Source: Promethearchaeota archaeon (GTDB taxonomy: Archaea; Asgardarchaeota; Lokiarchaeia; Sigyniarchaeales; SOKP01). Taken from it: 64,000 nucleotides of DNA. The notes below the pieces were generated by a model. The model worked only from the letters and a program-made list of their open reading frames with translations, searched no databases and was not told the DNA's origin. The position numbers and the translations under genes were made by a program. Below, in pieces: positions 38,071-49,464 of the stretch. Where the stretch lies: assembly GCA_019058445.1 (NCBI GenBank), contig JAHPZA010000006.1, positions 864,001 to 928,000 of the forward strand, written 5' to 3'. The number at the start of each line of letters is the position of its first letter. Positions within the stretch are counted from its first letter, which is position 1.

Positions 38071-39507
38071 ATGAATGAAATTAATCCAAATTTAAATAAA
38101 CGCCAATTAGATACTTCACTCGGCACAAGAATCGCTTATTCCAATGGTCCTTTTGTTGATTCACTTTCTATAATTACTTGGGCATTTCTTGGATTTACAT
38201 TCTATTTCGCCGTTGTTGGGTTGCCTATAATTTATATTACTATAGGTTTAATTATTGTAGCTTTTTGGGACGCCTTTAATGACCCCATTATTGGAGTAAT
38301 ATCAGATCGTACAAAATCGCGCTATGGTCGGCGGAAGTTTTGGCTATACATTATTTTTATCCCTTTTGTATTGATGAATATATTACTATGGACACCTCCA
38401 TTTGGATCCTCCACCATTATTTTATTCGTTTATTTTCTTATTATTGCAATGTTATTCGATTTGACATATACCTTTTTTACTGTTAATACTAACGCTTTAT
38501 GGCCAGAAATGTTCTTGACAATAGAAGACCGGACCAATGTAGGATTATGTCGTAGTATTTTCACGGTCATTGGGACCTCACTCGCATACCTCATTCCCGG
38601 ATTAATCATCATAGATATTGCCAATCAACGCAATTTAGCAGAAACTCCAGAGCAGTATATGCTCACAGGGGTAATCATTTCAATTATTATTTTGATATCA
38701 TTTACAATTTTTCTTAAATGGGGTTCATTTGAGCGAAAGGAATTTGCGGGAGATGTTGAAAAAGCACCCTTGTTGATAGATTCATTTAAGATCACCTTTA
38801 AAAATAAGGCTTTTGTTCTTTATTGCATTATTGAATTATGTATTTTCTGTATTTATAGTATTTTTTTAAGTATGATGCCTTTATATGGAACATTTGTGCT
38901 TGGACTCGCAGAAGAAAATTCCTTTCTTATTAGTTTAATTGTGTTTGTTAGTCTTATAATAGGGATTCTGTTTACTCCTGTTTGGATGTCACTTCAGAAA
39001 AAGTATGGAATCCGAAAATGCTTCATGATTTGTCTGAGTTATTGGGGTGTAACCTTCATTTTATTAATGACTGCTAATGATATCTTTACATCTTTCCTTT
39101 TTTTTAGTATGATGGGACCAGCACTAGGTGGAGCTATTTATTTGTATGAGCAGGGAGTGGCTGAAATAATTGATGATGATAGTGTTCGATCAGGACTCGA
39201 GGCTCGACGTGAGGGGGCATATTATGGGATTTCGGGATTAATAAATAGATTTGCAACTATTGTTAACATTTTAGTGATTAGTATTATTTTCACTAGAACC
39301 GGTTGGAGTGAATTTAATCCTAATCCGGGAGCAGATGTAATTTTTGGATTACGATTTTTAATGGGTATTTATCCTTTGATAATTATAAGTGTGGCTTTAT
39401 TTTGCTTGTATTTATATCCCATTCATGGAAAGCGTCTTGATGAAAATAAATTAATGCTCGCTGAACAGCGTTCTAAAAAACAGAAAGCGATCACTGAAAA
39501 TATTTAA
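38071..39507 (+). CDS. MFS transporter, GPH family
   Basis: WDAFNDPIIGVISDRTKSRYGRRK; RREGAYYG. Confidence 0.9.
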   Translation: MNEINPNLNKRQLDTSLGTRIAYSNGPFVDSLSIITWAFLGFTFYFAVVGLPIIYITIGLIIVAFWDAFNDPIIGVISDRTKSRYGRRKFWLYIIFIPFVLMNILLWTPPFGSSTIILFVYFLIIAMLFDLTYTFFTVNTNALWPEMFLTIEDRTNVGLCRSIFTVIGTSLAYLIPGLIIIDIANQRNLAETPEQYMLTGVIISIIILISFTIFLKWGSFERKEFAGDVEKAPLLIDSFKITFKNKAFVLYCIIELCIFCIYSIFLSMMPLYGTFVLGLAEENSFLISLIVFVSLIIGILFTPVWMSLQKKYGIRKCFMICLSYWGVTFILLMTANDIFTSFLFFSMMGPALGGAIYLYEQGVAEIIDDDSVRSGLEARREGAYYGISGLINRFATIVNILVISIIFTRTGWSEFNPNPGADVIFGLRFLMGIYPLIIISVALFCLYLYPIHGKRLDENKLMLAEQRSKKQKAITENI

Positions 39508-39627
39508 GGTTAAAGTATAATTGAAACTATATCTTCGTGAAACAGGTATTTCACGTAGTTATTTCTAAATTTTATAGAAACTCAAAAAAATAATAAAAAA
39601 AAAATAATTAAATTTTAAATACTTTTT

Positions 39628-40917
39628 CTAATCCATTCCAACTGGGGTTTCAACGTCCCCGGCTTCCCCTCTTTTAACGAAAAGCATACAAACGAACCCT
39701 GCTATAATGAAGAATGAAGTGAATAAAAGTAATGTAGTATTTCCGAAGATGTCAGTTAAAAATCCAACAATAACAGGGCCCATTATTGCTCCCAAAAAGA
39801 TTGCGAGGAAATAAATACCCGTAAATGTACCTGTTCGCTTTTCTGTGGGTACTAGCTCCCATAAAACAACTACAGCTAGTGTATTTACAAAGGCGAATCC
39901 AAGACCTGCAATAATAAAGCCTATAATTATCATTGTCGGAGTCTGGAAGATAAAACCAATTAGCATCCCCACAGTGAAGAGAATTAATCCTATTCTAATC
40001 GGTAATATTCTTCCAACTTTAGTTGCGATGATTCCAGCGGGAACTGCCATAAGAATAAAGGTTAATGACATAAATATCAACATCGTTCCAGCAGGACCGC
40101 GTTCTAATCCTAAAACATCAACTGCATATACAGGAAAAAGGGATGTAAGGGCGTAATACGCACAAAACCATAAAAATATGCCTAATAGAATGGCTAGTGC
40201 ACTTTTATCTTCACTTCTACCAATATACCTAAAGCTTTCAATCAAGCCTTCAAAAGGGCCTTCTTCCCGTTTGGTTTTTTCACCCGTTGCTTTCTCCGCC
40301 TCTAAAACTTGTTGGTAAACATACGCATCTTTTTCCTTTACTGTTAGCATCATTATAATTAAACAAATTACCATTAAAATTGCAATTGTTAGAAAGGCTA
40401 ATACTAAACTGATGGGGACAAGTATAAAGTTTAAAATAAAGGCAACAATAGTACCTAATCCTGCCATTAAATTAAAGATGGCATATCCTTTGGAACGATT
40501 AATGGGTTTTGTAAAGTCGGGCATAAGTGCTATGGTTTGACCTCTAAAACAGGCCATCGCTATGTTAAAAAAAAGCATGTAAAGGATTAATAACCAAAAA
40601 GGATCTGACGCGGGATTAATAGTTGCAATTAAAACGAAGAAAACAGCTGAAATGGGCACCCCTACCATTATATATGGCATTCTTCTCCCATATTTAGTTC
40701 GAGTGTTATCAGATACACTCCCCATAATAGGAATAATTATTATCCCAATCATATTATCTAAAGCCATCCATAATCCAACTAATCCATAAGAACCTAAATA
40801 TTCGAAAAGTGTTATAGGAACTTGGGCATCATAGAGAGTCCAGGCCATCATGTTTAAAAAGAAACCTAAGCTGAGGGAGAATGCTAATCCTAATTTAAAT
40901 TTTTCTTGTTCATTCAT
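39628..40917 (-). CDS. MFS transporter (sugar/H+ symporter-like)
   Basis: GSVSDNTRTKYGRRMPY; ALMPD; 12 TM. Confidence 0.9.
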   Translation of the reverse strand: MNEQEKFKLGLAFSLSLGFFLNMMAWTLYDAQVPITLFEYLGSYGLVGLWMALDNMIGIIIIPIMGSVSDNTRTKYGRRMPYIMVGVPISAVFFVLIATINPASDPFWLLILYMLFFNIAMACFRGQTIALMPDFTKPINRSKGYAIFNLMAGLGTIVAFILNFILVPISLVLAFLTIAILMVICLIIMMLTVKEKDAYVYQQVLEAEKATGEKTKREEGPFEGLIESFRYIGRSEDKSALAILLGIFLWFCAYYALTSLFPVYAVDVLGLERGPAGTMLIFMSLTFILMAVPAGIIATKVGRILPIRIGLILFTVGMLIGFIFQTPTMIIIGFIIAGLGFAFVNTLAVVVLWELVPTEKRTGTFTGIYFLAIFLGAIMGPVIVGFLTDIFGNTTLLLFTSFFIIAGFVCMLFVKRGEAGDVETPVGMD

Positions 40918-41298
40918 TTTAAATCCTTATTTATTTTGACTATAATTCAAGTGTTAAACGATCTATAACAATATCCTTACAGATACTGATTTTAATATTC
41001 GTCTTTTTATTATATATATTTGTCCAAAGTTGATCTAAGGATGCTATTATTATTATCATACAGCTGAAATACAGAGGAAGAATTGATAAATATAATTAAA
41101 AATCAATTAGATCAAGCGTAGATTGAAACCACACCTGTAAAAGCACTTCTGTAAAATTTTTTTAATATAGACCAAAATGTCACCAAGCCTTATATAGAGA
41201 AGGTAAGATTATATAATCAATCAATTCGAAAAAGTATAATAATTAGATTTTATCAAATATCTTAAAAATCTAAAAATTTTGATTTTCAAGCCTTATAA

Positions 41299-41589
41299 AT
41301 GGTTCTAATGGAGATCATTAAATATTTGGGGGATAAACTAGCAAAAGAAATTAATATTAGTCCTCCAGCGGCAAGAGGTTTATTAAAACTTTCTATAAAG
41401 GACGAGTTGGATCCCTTTAGACCCTTATTTAAAATCACTTTTAATGAATTGAGAAATGTACTACAAAATTCCTTTAAAAAAAGACTAATTAATTTAGAAA
41501 TCTCTAATTATGAAGCAATTGTGAATCATATGATAATAGAATTAGAATTAAATCAATCACTAATAACAATGGCAGGTGTTTATTTATAG
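41299..41589 (+). CDS. Small helical partner of the 7-TM protein (paralogue of 24704..24979)
   Basis: LGDKLAKEINISPPAARGLLKLSIKDEL. Confidence 0.8.
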   Translation: MVLMEIIKYLGDKLAKEINISPPAARGLLKLSIKDELDPFRPLFKITFNELRNVLQNSFKKRLINLEISNYEAIVNHMIIELELNQSLITMAGVYL

Positions 41590-42371
41590 TATACTTAATA
41601 TTATACTGGATTTTCATATTTTTATTATTTGGTTTCATAATAATACTACTTTTAGTTGGAATTTTTTTCTTATTTAAAGCATGTCAAAACAGATTGAAAA
41701 ATATTGCCATATTAGGGATTGGTTCTTTAGCATTTCCATTAGGATTTATTGTAAATTTTGTTTTTAATATGGGCCAAGTGTTTCAAGAATATTTTGTATT
41801 TGTTGGATTAATTTCTGTAGTCGTATTTACAAATATGACCTTTTATAAAGGACGAATGAAAAAAGCAAATATAATATTAATAATTGCTATAATTCTAGGT
41901 GTTATACAAATAGTTTTATTAAATTTGTATTATCCTCTTGAAATAAAAAGCGACCTATATTATTATCTAAGACTTTCATTAGATTTGCCATATGTACTTT
42001 TGGTTTTTAATTGGTTGGCATATTCTTGTTATTTAGCATATAGGCGTTTGAAAAATCAAGATATTGAACCATGGATAAAAGTTAGGTACAAATTAATCGC
42101 AATTTCTTCATTCATAATAAGTTTATACCCCATTCCAAGATATTTTCAACCAAGAGAGATCCCTTGGGGAGATCCTACCGATCCAATCAGTCTTCTTATC
42201 TTTGGTATAACAGCAGTAATAGGAATTACTTATGCTATATTACTTTCAATCTCTTGGTTCATGCCAGAATGGATGAAAAAGTATTTTAATAAAGGCTACA
42301 AAAGAGAGCTTGAAAAAGAATTTACCGAAGAAGAATTGACAAATTTAATCAAAAACCAATTAAGTAAATAA
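41586..42371 (+). CDS. 7-TM membrane protein (paralogue of 23920..24717); start extended upstream of the tracked TTG
   Basis: Frame is open upstream of 41694 and encodes the missing TM1 (IVYLILYWIFIFLLFGFIIILLLVGIFFLFKA); probable ATA start after AGGTG; exact start uncertain. Confidence 0.7.
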   Translation: MVYLILYWIFIFLLFGFIIILLLVGIFFLFKACQNRLKNIAILGIGSLAFPLGFIVNFVFNMGQVFQEYFVFVGLISVVVFTNMTFYKGRMKKANIILIIAIILGVIQIVLLNLYYPLEIKSDLYYYLRLSLDLPYVLLVFNWLAYSCYLAYRRLKNQDIEPWIKVRYKLIAISSFIISLYPIPRYFQPREIPWGDPTDPISLLIFGITAVIGITYAILLSISWFMPEWMKKYFNKGYKRELEKEFTEEELTNLIKNQLSK

Positions 42372-42419
42372 AAGACTCAGAAGTAAAATAAGAAACGATT
42401 ATATGATTATACCATTTTT

Positions 42420-43691
42420 TTAATCAATTTTTCCGATATCCCCCGCATCTCCTTCTCTAACAAAAAGTATAGAAGCTAAAGCTGCCATAAAGAAAAGGGA
42501 AATAATAAGAAAGAAAAAATTAGTCCCCAGGAAATCAATAATAAAACCAATTAAGATAGGTCCTATTATAGCTCCTACGAAAATTGCAAGGAAATAGAGG
42601 CCTGTAGATGTTCCCGTATTTTTACCTGAAGGAAGCAGTTCCCATAGAATAACAACTACATGTATAACCATAAAAGAAAACCCTACTCCCGCTATAATAA
42701 GCCCGATAATTATCATTAGAGGAGTTTGAAATAAATGACAAAATATCATTCCAATAAAAAATGTAATCAGACCTATTTTAATTGTTAATTTTCTTCCAAT
42801 TTTGGTTCCTATTATACCAGAAGGAATAGTCATCAAAAAAAAAGATAAGGATAAAAATATTAATAATGTCCCTGCGGGACCTCTTTCCAATTTCAAGACA
42901 TCTGTGGCATATACACTGAAAAGTGATCTAAGTCCATAATATCCTGCTGAATACAAGAAAATAGCTAATAATATAGCAATTGCACTTTTATCCTTGCTTC
43001 TAAAAATGTAGCTAATATTTTCAATCAAACTTTGAAAAGGACCATCATTATTGCTATCCTTCTTTTTATCCATTTCGATGATTAGTTGATATCCATAAGA
43101 TTCATTTTCATTAATCTTTAGCAACATTAAAATTAAACACAACACCATAATTATAGCAATCATTAAAAATCCGAAAGTAAGGCTAATAGGCACTAAGAAA
43201 AAACTTATAAGAAACGCAAGAATGGAGCCTATACTTGCCATAAAATTAAAAACCGCGTATCCTTTACTTCTGTTGACTGGTTTTATAAAGTCCGGCATAA
43301 GAGCAATAGACTGGGATCTAAAACTCGACATAAAAAAAGTAAATATAACCATATAGAGGAGCAATAACCAGAGAGGATCTGAGCTGGGATTTATAGTTGA
43401 GATAAGGACAAAAAAAAGTGCAGATATAGGAATTCCAACCATTAAATAGGGCATTCTTCTCCCATATTTCGTCCGAGTCTTATCAGAAACAGAACTGATT
43501 ATTGGGATGACAATAATAGGGATAATGTTGAAAATCGCAATCCAAAAACCGACTAATCCATAAGAACCTAAATATTGAAAGAGAGTAATAGATACCTGAG
43601 CATAATAAAAAGTCCAACAGAGTATATTAATAAAAAAACCTAAACTCAGAAAGAGTGTTAAATGTAAATTAAATTTATCTTGTTCGTTCAT
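42420..43691 (-). CDS. MFS transporter (paralogue of 39628..40917)
   Basis: SDKTRTKYGRRMPY; collinear with its paralogue. Confidence 0.9.
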   Translation of the reverse strand: MNEQDKFNLHLTLFLSLGFFINILCWTFYYAQVSITLFQYLGSYGLVGFWIAIFNIIPIIVIPIISSVSDKTRTKYGRRMPYLMVGIPISALFFVLISTINPSSDPLWLLLLYMVIFTFFMSSFRSQSIALMPDFIKPVNRSKGYAVFNFMASIGSILAFLISFFLVPISLTFGFLMIAIIMVLCLILMLLKINENESYGYQLIIEMDKKKDSNNDGPFQSLIENISYIFRSKDKSAIAILLAIFLYSAGYYGLRSLFSVYATDVLKLERGPAGTLLIFLSLSFFLMTIPSGIIGTKIGRKLTIKIGLITFFIGMIFCHLFQTPLMIIIGLIIAGVGFSFMVIHVVVILWELLPSGKNTGTSTGLYFLAIFVGAIIGPILIGFIIDFLGTNFFFLIISLFFMAALASILFVREGDAGDIGKID

Positions 43692-43706
43692 TTTATCAAG
43701 GAGAAT

Positions 43707-44813
43707 TTAGTTCATATCATCAATAAAAATTTCTTTACCGATTTCTGATGATTTTATAGTAGCTAAATTAAATTTTAAAACATATCTTGCCTGTTCACCA
43801 GATAATATTGGCACTTTATTTCCTTTTACAGCCTCAATAAAATGTTTTGTTGCATTGATAAAACTATATTTCCAATCTTTCTCAAAATCGGTATATATTT
43901 CAACTTTACCGTCTCGAATAATAACTATTGGGGGAAAAACTTCTGAATTTGACATTTTATTTCCAATTGATGTTCCTTGATTAATTTTCATTAAGCCTCG
44001 GCTCCCAATAATTTCAATAAACTCATCTGTAGGATAGTACTTAGAGGGAAGCTCCATTTCTGGCATTAATGCAAATTCCATATTACCATATTGAGGGACT
44101 ATATGCTCTCTACTTGCTTTATATTTCCACATTACGTATGCAGGAGCATCAATCCCTTTATAATTATCTGTCCACGCAAAAACTTTTTCAATATCTTCCC
44201 CAAATAGCCACCATCCTAAAGAAAATGCATGCCAGCCATTATCAAATAAAACAGGGGATCCTTTTTCAGCACCGCCTACCTGATTTGGATCTAATCGCCA
44301 TTTATCAGCACTTTCTGGAACATTCCATCCTCCTTTAACACCCATAGCAACTTTAATTCTAATAGATGAGGGATCCCCTATGTAATCTTGATCAATGAGT
44401 TCCTTTGCTTTAAGAATATGGGGATCAAACATGAAATTTTCATAAATAGACAGAATCGAGCCTGATTTATTACAAGCATCAATCATACAATCTGCTTCTT
44501 TTAATGACATGGCCATTGGCTTTTGAACCGATATACCCTTTATTCCTTTTTGAGCAGCATAAATCACGGCCTCAGCGTGCAGATGATGTGGTAAAAGAAT
44601 TTCTATTATATCTAAGTCCTCATTGTCAATCATTTTTTTATAATCAGAATACACTGGGATTGATTTATTAAGATTAAACGTCTCAATTTTATTTTTAGCT
44701 TTTTCGACAGTTCTATTACTTAAGCATTTGATTTCCACATCGGTATTATTAAGATACCCGAGCACATTTAAATTAAAAATTGCTCCTGTTCCTATTATTC
44801 CTACTTTTAACAT
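43707..44813 (-). CDS. Gfo/Idh/MocA oxidoreductase
   Basis: KVGIIGTG, LPHHLH, VQKPMA, DNGWH. Confidence 0.9.
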   Translation of the reverse strand: MLKVGIIGTGAIFNLNVLGYLNNTDVEIKCLSNRTVEKAKNKIETFNLNKSIPVYSDYKKMIDNEDLDIIEILLPHHLHAEAVIYAAQKGIKGISVQKPMAMSLKEADCMIDACNKSGSILSIYENFMFDPHILKAKELIDQDYIGDPSSIRIKVAMGVKGGWNVPESADKWRLDPNQVGGAEKGSPVLFDNGWHAFSLGWWLFGEDIEKVFAWTDNYKGIDAPAYVMWKYKASREHIVPQYGNMEFALMPEMELPSKYYPTDEFIEIIGSRGLMKINQGTSIGNKMSNSEVFPPIVIIRDGKVEIYTDFEKDWKYSFINATKHFIEAVKGNKVPILSGEQARYVLKFNLATIKSSEIGKEIFIDDMN

Positions 44814-44923
44814 AATGTTCCTTCAAAATTTCTATTAAAATTACTTATGTATAATATCCATTTGTAAAAATATTTAATCAAATAAAAATGAATTTTAGTT
44901 TTTCCAACTTTATCAAATATTAA

Positions 44924-47590
44924 TTACATCGTAATTTTCCATTCAAGAGGTTTATTGGGAGCGCTCGATCCTTTCCAAATAAAGGTGTCTCCCTCTAGAA
45001 TTAATTTTTCTATCTTATTATTAATGGTTAAGTTTTTAAACTCTGAAGCTTCACTTTCCTTTATCCTTAATGAGAACTTCCAATTACCTTCTACATTCGG
45101 ATTATACCACCCAGAATATCCCATCTTGGATTTTGAAAACCCTATCAAAGGAGATGAGAACTGATATTCTTCTTTAGGCAAAGAAGGAGAAAACTCCACA
45201 CCTTCTTTAGTAAATTTTGCTCCTATTAAGTGGGTAGTAGTGAAAATTGGCCATGAATGTGGATGTAAATTCATAACGGGAAAATCTGTCCAACTAATAC
45301 TGATATAATCTTCTTTCATTGTTTTCAAATCCTCTGGATCCTTAGTTAGAAAGTATTTAAAGAAGTGTGTATGACCAGGATACTCCGATAATTCTGAGTT
45401 ATACGTATCTGGACCACTCCAAATACCATACCAAATTTCTGGATATATCTCAGCATGCGTGGAGAGTGTGTTTTTTTTCCATTCTTCCCATGCCATCTCT
45501 CCATCTAATAATGATAAAGCCCAAATTAGTGTGCCATTTATAGAAGGCCAAATCCCCCCATTAACTCTCATACCAATTTCTCTACTCATTACTTTTAAAG
45601 GTTGACTGAGTAATCTGGCACCAATTTTAGATGGCTGCCGTACCAACTCATCAATTGATTTCTTTAATATTATACTTTGCTCTGAATCCGCTGCACCACC
45701 AATGATAGCCCAGGGTTGTGGTTCAAGCCATAGTTTTTCTTCTCCTATCCAACCTAAGTCTTCTGTAAACCATGCTCTTTTAAACCATTTACCCGTCCAA
45801 AGATCATGGACAATATCTTTTTGTGAAGTAGCATAATTCAAAGCCTTAACAGCTCCCTGTTCATCATCTATAAATTCTAACATTTCAGAATATATTTTTA
45901 AAGTGTAAGAAGCCATTGCTGCGTTAAGAATACTTTCACCCTTTTCCCTAACTTCATCATGTTTATCATTGGGAACATGTCCTATCACAGCTCCATCATT
46001 CCAATCCCCATTTGATAGGCGCTGAATTCCATGCTTTCCTTTACCAGACACCTCAGTAAAATGGGTAAAGCATCGGGCAAGTATATCTTTTATTGATGCT
46101 TGACTAGCTTTTCTTCCATATACTGGATATGTTGCTATCATTTCTTCAAGGAAGGGTGTATCTCTCGTGGCTAAGATGTATTCACTAGTTAACCATAATA
46201 TCCACATTTCTAAATCACTTGGAAAAAAGGGTTCAGGAAGGATCATCCCATTCCCACATATAGCATAAGGAATTTCCCCGTCTTCATTTACAGTTTTCAA
46301 AGTATATCGGATGATTTCTTTAACTATAGCTGGTTGGGTATAAATAAACGGGAAGACATGTTGTACTGGATCACGGGAGGCACCTTGGAATCCTATAATA
46401 TATTGATATACATGTCCTTGAGATAAGATATGCTCTTTAAAAAAATCGTCGTAAGTCATCGCACTACGTAGATAATAATTGTGCCAAATTAATTCACGTT
46501 GAACCCAATTTTCATCTGGTATATTTAACTTGATTTGATTTTGTTTCCAAGCTTCACATGTATTTTGCCAGTGATTTGATACATTCTTTCTATATTTTTC
46601 CAAAAGCGGTACCAGTTCGATGTCATTGGGTAAATATCCAAAAGCAAAGTATAAGGTCTTGCTTTCACCTGGCGCTAAATGAAAATTTCGCTCTAAAAAT
46701 AAGGCACTTTTCTCATCAGTTGTACCTAAACTTGAAGAAAGGTGAGAATATATACCTTTAGGATTTTTAATTCCCCCTTTAGCGAAAAAATCTGCTCCAT
46801 TAGTAGTATATTTGTCAAAAGGCGCATCTAAAGATACGAGAAAAGTCGATGGGGGAAACATGTCATCAAATGAGGGTCTTGGAATTCTTTTTTTTTTAGC
46901 GTCTTTTCTTCCTTGAAAATATTTCTTTTCAAGAAGTCCCATATTATCTTCAATGATACTAAATTCATGAGTGAATTTTTCGCTAAATTCTCGCCGTAAT
47001 TTTCTTATAAAGGAAACATCCTTATTTTCTATAGAATTACCATAGGCAAGGATTGAAAATTGATGCATTTTACAGCCCCAATATTCTATCCAGCGTAGGT
47101 CTACTGGGACATCTTTATTATTTTGAATTTTAACTTGAGAAATTAAAAGAGGATCATCTCCAAATGGAGCAAAAACAACCTGATCAATTTTAAGATCAGA
47201 ATTTTTTATGATTTTCCTAAAATAACCGATTCCAAAAATTCTTTCAAATGAGCTATAATTCGCGTTATAATACGTAGAAATAAATTTCTCTCCATCTATG
47301 AGATAACCAAAACCTCCTGCGTACTGCCCATATGCTGGATCAAATTCATTGAGATATTTCGGACTTCCTTCATCTTGGCGTACTTGAATATGACCATAAT
47401 TAGAAGCGACCGCCACTAACCTATCATTACCCACTTGATGAATATGCTCATTTTTTAACAGATAAAGCTCTTTCATAGGTGTAATTGCTTTTGGATCTTC
47501 CATTTGATTACATATATATTTATATGCAGGAAGTCCAAATTCATCCTCAATCCATTCGCCAAAATATCCTGATCCATATGTTTTTGCCAT
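44924..47590 (-). CDS. GH94-like glycoside phosphorylase/hydrolase
   Basis: GFQGASRDPVQH and GDWNDG motifs; LWLEPQPWAI; 888 aa. Confidence 0.75.
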   Translation of the reverse strand: MAKTYGSGYFGEWIEDEFGLPAYKYICNQMEDPKAITPMKELYLLKNEHIHQVGNDRLVAVASNYGHIQVRQDEGSPKYLNEFDPAYGQYAGGFGYLIDGEKFISTYYNANYSSFERIFGIGYFRKIIKNSDLKIDQVVFAPFGDDPLLISQVKIQNNKDVPVDLRWIEYWGCKMHQFSILAYGNSIENKDVSFIRKLRREFSEKFTHEFSIIEDNMGLLEKKYFQGRKDAKKKRIPRPSFDDMFPPSTFLVSLDAPFDKYTTNGADFFAKGGIKNPKGIYSHLSSSLGTTDEKSALFLERNFHLAPGESKTLYFAFGYLPNDIELVPLLEKYRKNVSNHWQNTCEAWKQNQIKLNIPDENWVQRELIWHNYYLRSAMTYDDFFKEHILSQGHVYQYIIGFQGASRDPVQHVFPFIYTQPAIVKEIIRYTLKTVNEDGEIPYAICGNGMILPEPFFPSDLEMWILWLTSEYILATRDTPFLEEMIATYPVYGRKASQASIKDILARCFTHFTEVSGKGKHGIQRLSNGDWNDGAVIGHVPNDKHDEVREKGESILNAAMASYTLKIYSEMLEFIDDEQGAVKALNYATSQKDIVHDLWTGKWFKRAWFTEDLGWIGEEKLWLEPQPWAIIGGAADSEQSIILKKSIDELVRQPSKIGARLLSQPLKVMSREIGMRVNGGIWPSINGTLIWALSLLDGEMAWEEWKKNTLSTHAEIYPEIWYGIWSGPDTYNSELSEYPGHTHFFKYFLTKDPEDLKTMKEDYISISWTDFPVMNLHPHSWPIFTTTHLIGAKFTKEGVEFSPSLPKEEYQFSSPLIGFSKSKMGYSGWYNPNVEGNWKFSLRIKESEASEFKNLTINNKIEKLILEGDTFIWKGSSAPNKPLEWKITM

Positions 47591-47914
47591 CTTTGCTTAT
47601 CACTTGTTAACTTTTTTCAAAATATATTATATATATTTAAAAGGTATGAGTTCCCTCAACTTAAAATTTACCCATTTTGGATTTTTATTACCTATGTACT
47701 TCATTATGTAATAATTATCCAATTCCCTAACCTATCTAATTTTAACAGGACGTATATTAAAAATTTCTATAATGAATTAGATAGGAATATGATCTCTTTA
47801 CAAAAAAACTTAACTATCAAGTTCGATAAAAATTAAATTTAGGCAAGTTTTAAAAGAGCGATATATTTTTTCACATAATTTTACCCCAATATTAGAATTA
47901 GTGGATTATAGCTT

Positions 47915-49321
47915 ATGGAAGAACCAAATAAGAGTCTATCTGTTACATCTAAAGAAGATTATAATCTTACAAGCCAAGAACGATTCACATATTCATTAAC
48001 TCAGTTAGCAAATATAATATTAGCCGGAATATTTGAACTAACCTACGTAAATTTTTTCTGGGACGATTTAAAGCTACAGCAGTTTTATTTCTCAATTGGA
48101 CTGATAATTTATGCGATAGTTAATTCACTCAACGATTTTTATTTAGGGAGGATGAGCGATAATACAAATGTTGAAAAATGGGGTGGCAGACGTTTAATAT
48201 ATATCAAATTCGGGGGTGTTTTATGGGCATTTATCTTATTTGCTATGTGGTTTCCTTGGAGTTATACCAATCAAATTATAATTTTTATTCATTTTGTAGT
48301 TGCTATTTGCGCATTTGATATGTTATTAACTCTGGTTTGGACAGTTTGGTTGGCTGTATTACCCGAATTAACAGAAAATATAGAGGAGAGGAATAAAATC
48401 TCTTTGTATGTCCAATTTATGGGGATCATTGGAGTCTTTCCGGTTTTAATAGCTTTTGTTATCTATGAATCGAGCCTATTAGCCTTCCAAATATTCGCAG
48501 GTGTCTGCGCATTATTATGTGCAATATGTTATTATTATATTGGAAGTAAGCTTAGAGAACGACCAGAATTATATATTCAACAAGAAACAGTTCCATTAGG
48601 AAGATCTCTAAAAGAAGTCTTAAAATCAAAATCATTTGTGACTCTCACAATTTTCAGATGTTTTAATCATATGATCCTTTCACTAAATTTAGGTTTTATT
48701 TTTGCGTATTTTTATGTTTTGGGTGTGGATCTTCTTACGGCTTCATTGCTCTTTTTTCTCAATTCTACATTTATTGCATTTATTGGATATGTAATTTATA
48801 AAAAGCTATCAATGAAGTATGATATGAGAACTCTTGTAATACGGGGAAGAATTCTTCAAATTTTATTAAATATAATTGGATTTTTTGTCATTTTACTAAC
48901 CGGAATGAAGCTAATAATATGGATATTTATTTTTATAAGTAGCATATGTGGAGGATATTTACTCTTTGATTACCCATTGTTAATGTTAATCACAGATGAC
49001 GATGAAGTTACTCACGGGACTCGACGTGAAGGCATGATTATGGGGACTAATGCATTTTTCATAAAAATTGCGCAGAGTCTTGGTCCTATTCTTGGAACCT
49101 TTGTTTTATTGTATTTTGGTTTCGTTCGAGATGCACCCTCACAGACCAATCAGGCAGAATTTGGAATTTTATTTTTATATTTTATAGTTATGTCAATTTT
49201 AAGCTTTCTAGGTTTGTTGGGATTTCTATTTTTTCCATTATACGGAGAAAATATGAAAAATCTCCAAGTAAAACTTCAAGAAATTCATGAGAAAAAGACT
49301 CAAGCTTATAGAACTAGCTAA
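47915..49321 (+). CDS. MFS transporter, GPH family
   Basis: NSLNDFYLGRMSD...GRR; DDDEV.HG.RREGM..G. Confidence 0.9.
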   Translation: MEEPNKSLSVTSKEDYNLTSQERFTYSLTQLANIILAGIFELTYVNFFWDDLKLQQFYFSIGLIIYAIVNSLNDFYLGRMSDNTNVEKWGGRRLIYIKFGGVLWAFILFAMWFPWSYTNQIIIFIHFVVAICAFDMLLTLVWTVWLAVLPELTENIEERNKISLYVQFMGIIGVFPVLIAFVIYESSLLAFQIFAGVCALLCAICYYYIGSKLRERPELYIQQETVPLGRSLKEVLKSKSFVTLTIFRCFNHMILSLNLGFIFAYFYVLGVDLLTASLLFFLNSTFIAFIGYVIYKKLSMKYDMRTLVIRGRILQILLNIIGFFVILLTGMKLIIWIFIFISSICGGYLLFDYPLLMLITDDDEVTHGTRREGMIMGTNAFFIKIAQSLGPILGTFVLLYFGFVRDAPSQTNQAEFGILFLYFIVMSILSFLGLLGFLFFPLYGENMKNLQVKLQEIHEKKTQAYRTS

Positions 49322-49464
49322 ACTTATCTTTTTCTATAATTTTTTTTCAATTAGCTTAAACTTTTTGTAAATCTATGGATATAGTCCCCTTGTTCTAGAA
49401 CTTTTTTTTGACTAGATAGTAATAAATATGAGACAAAAATAATAATCTTTAAGAGGCGAATGGA

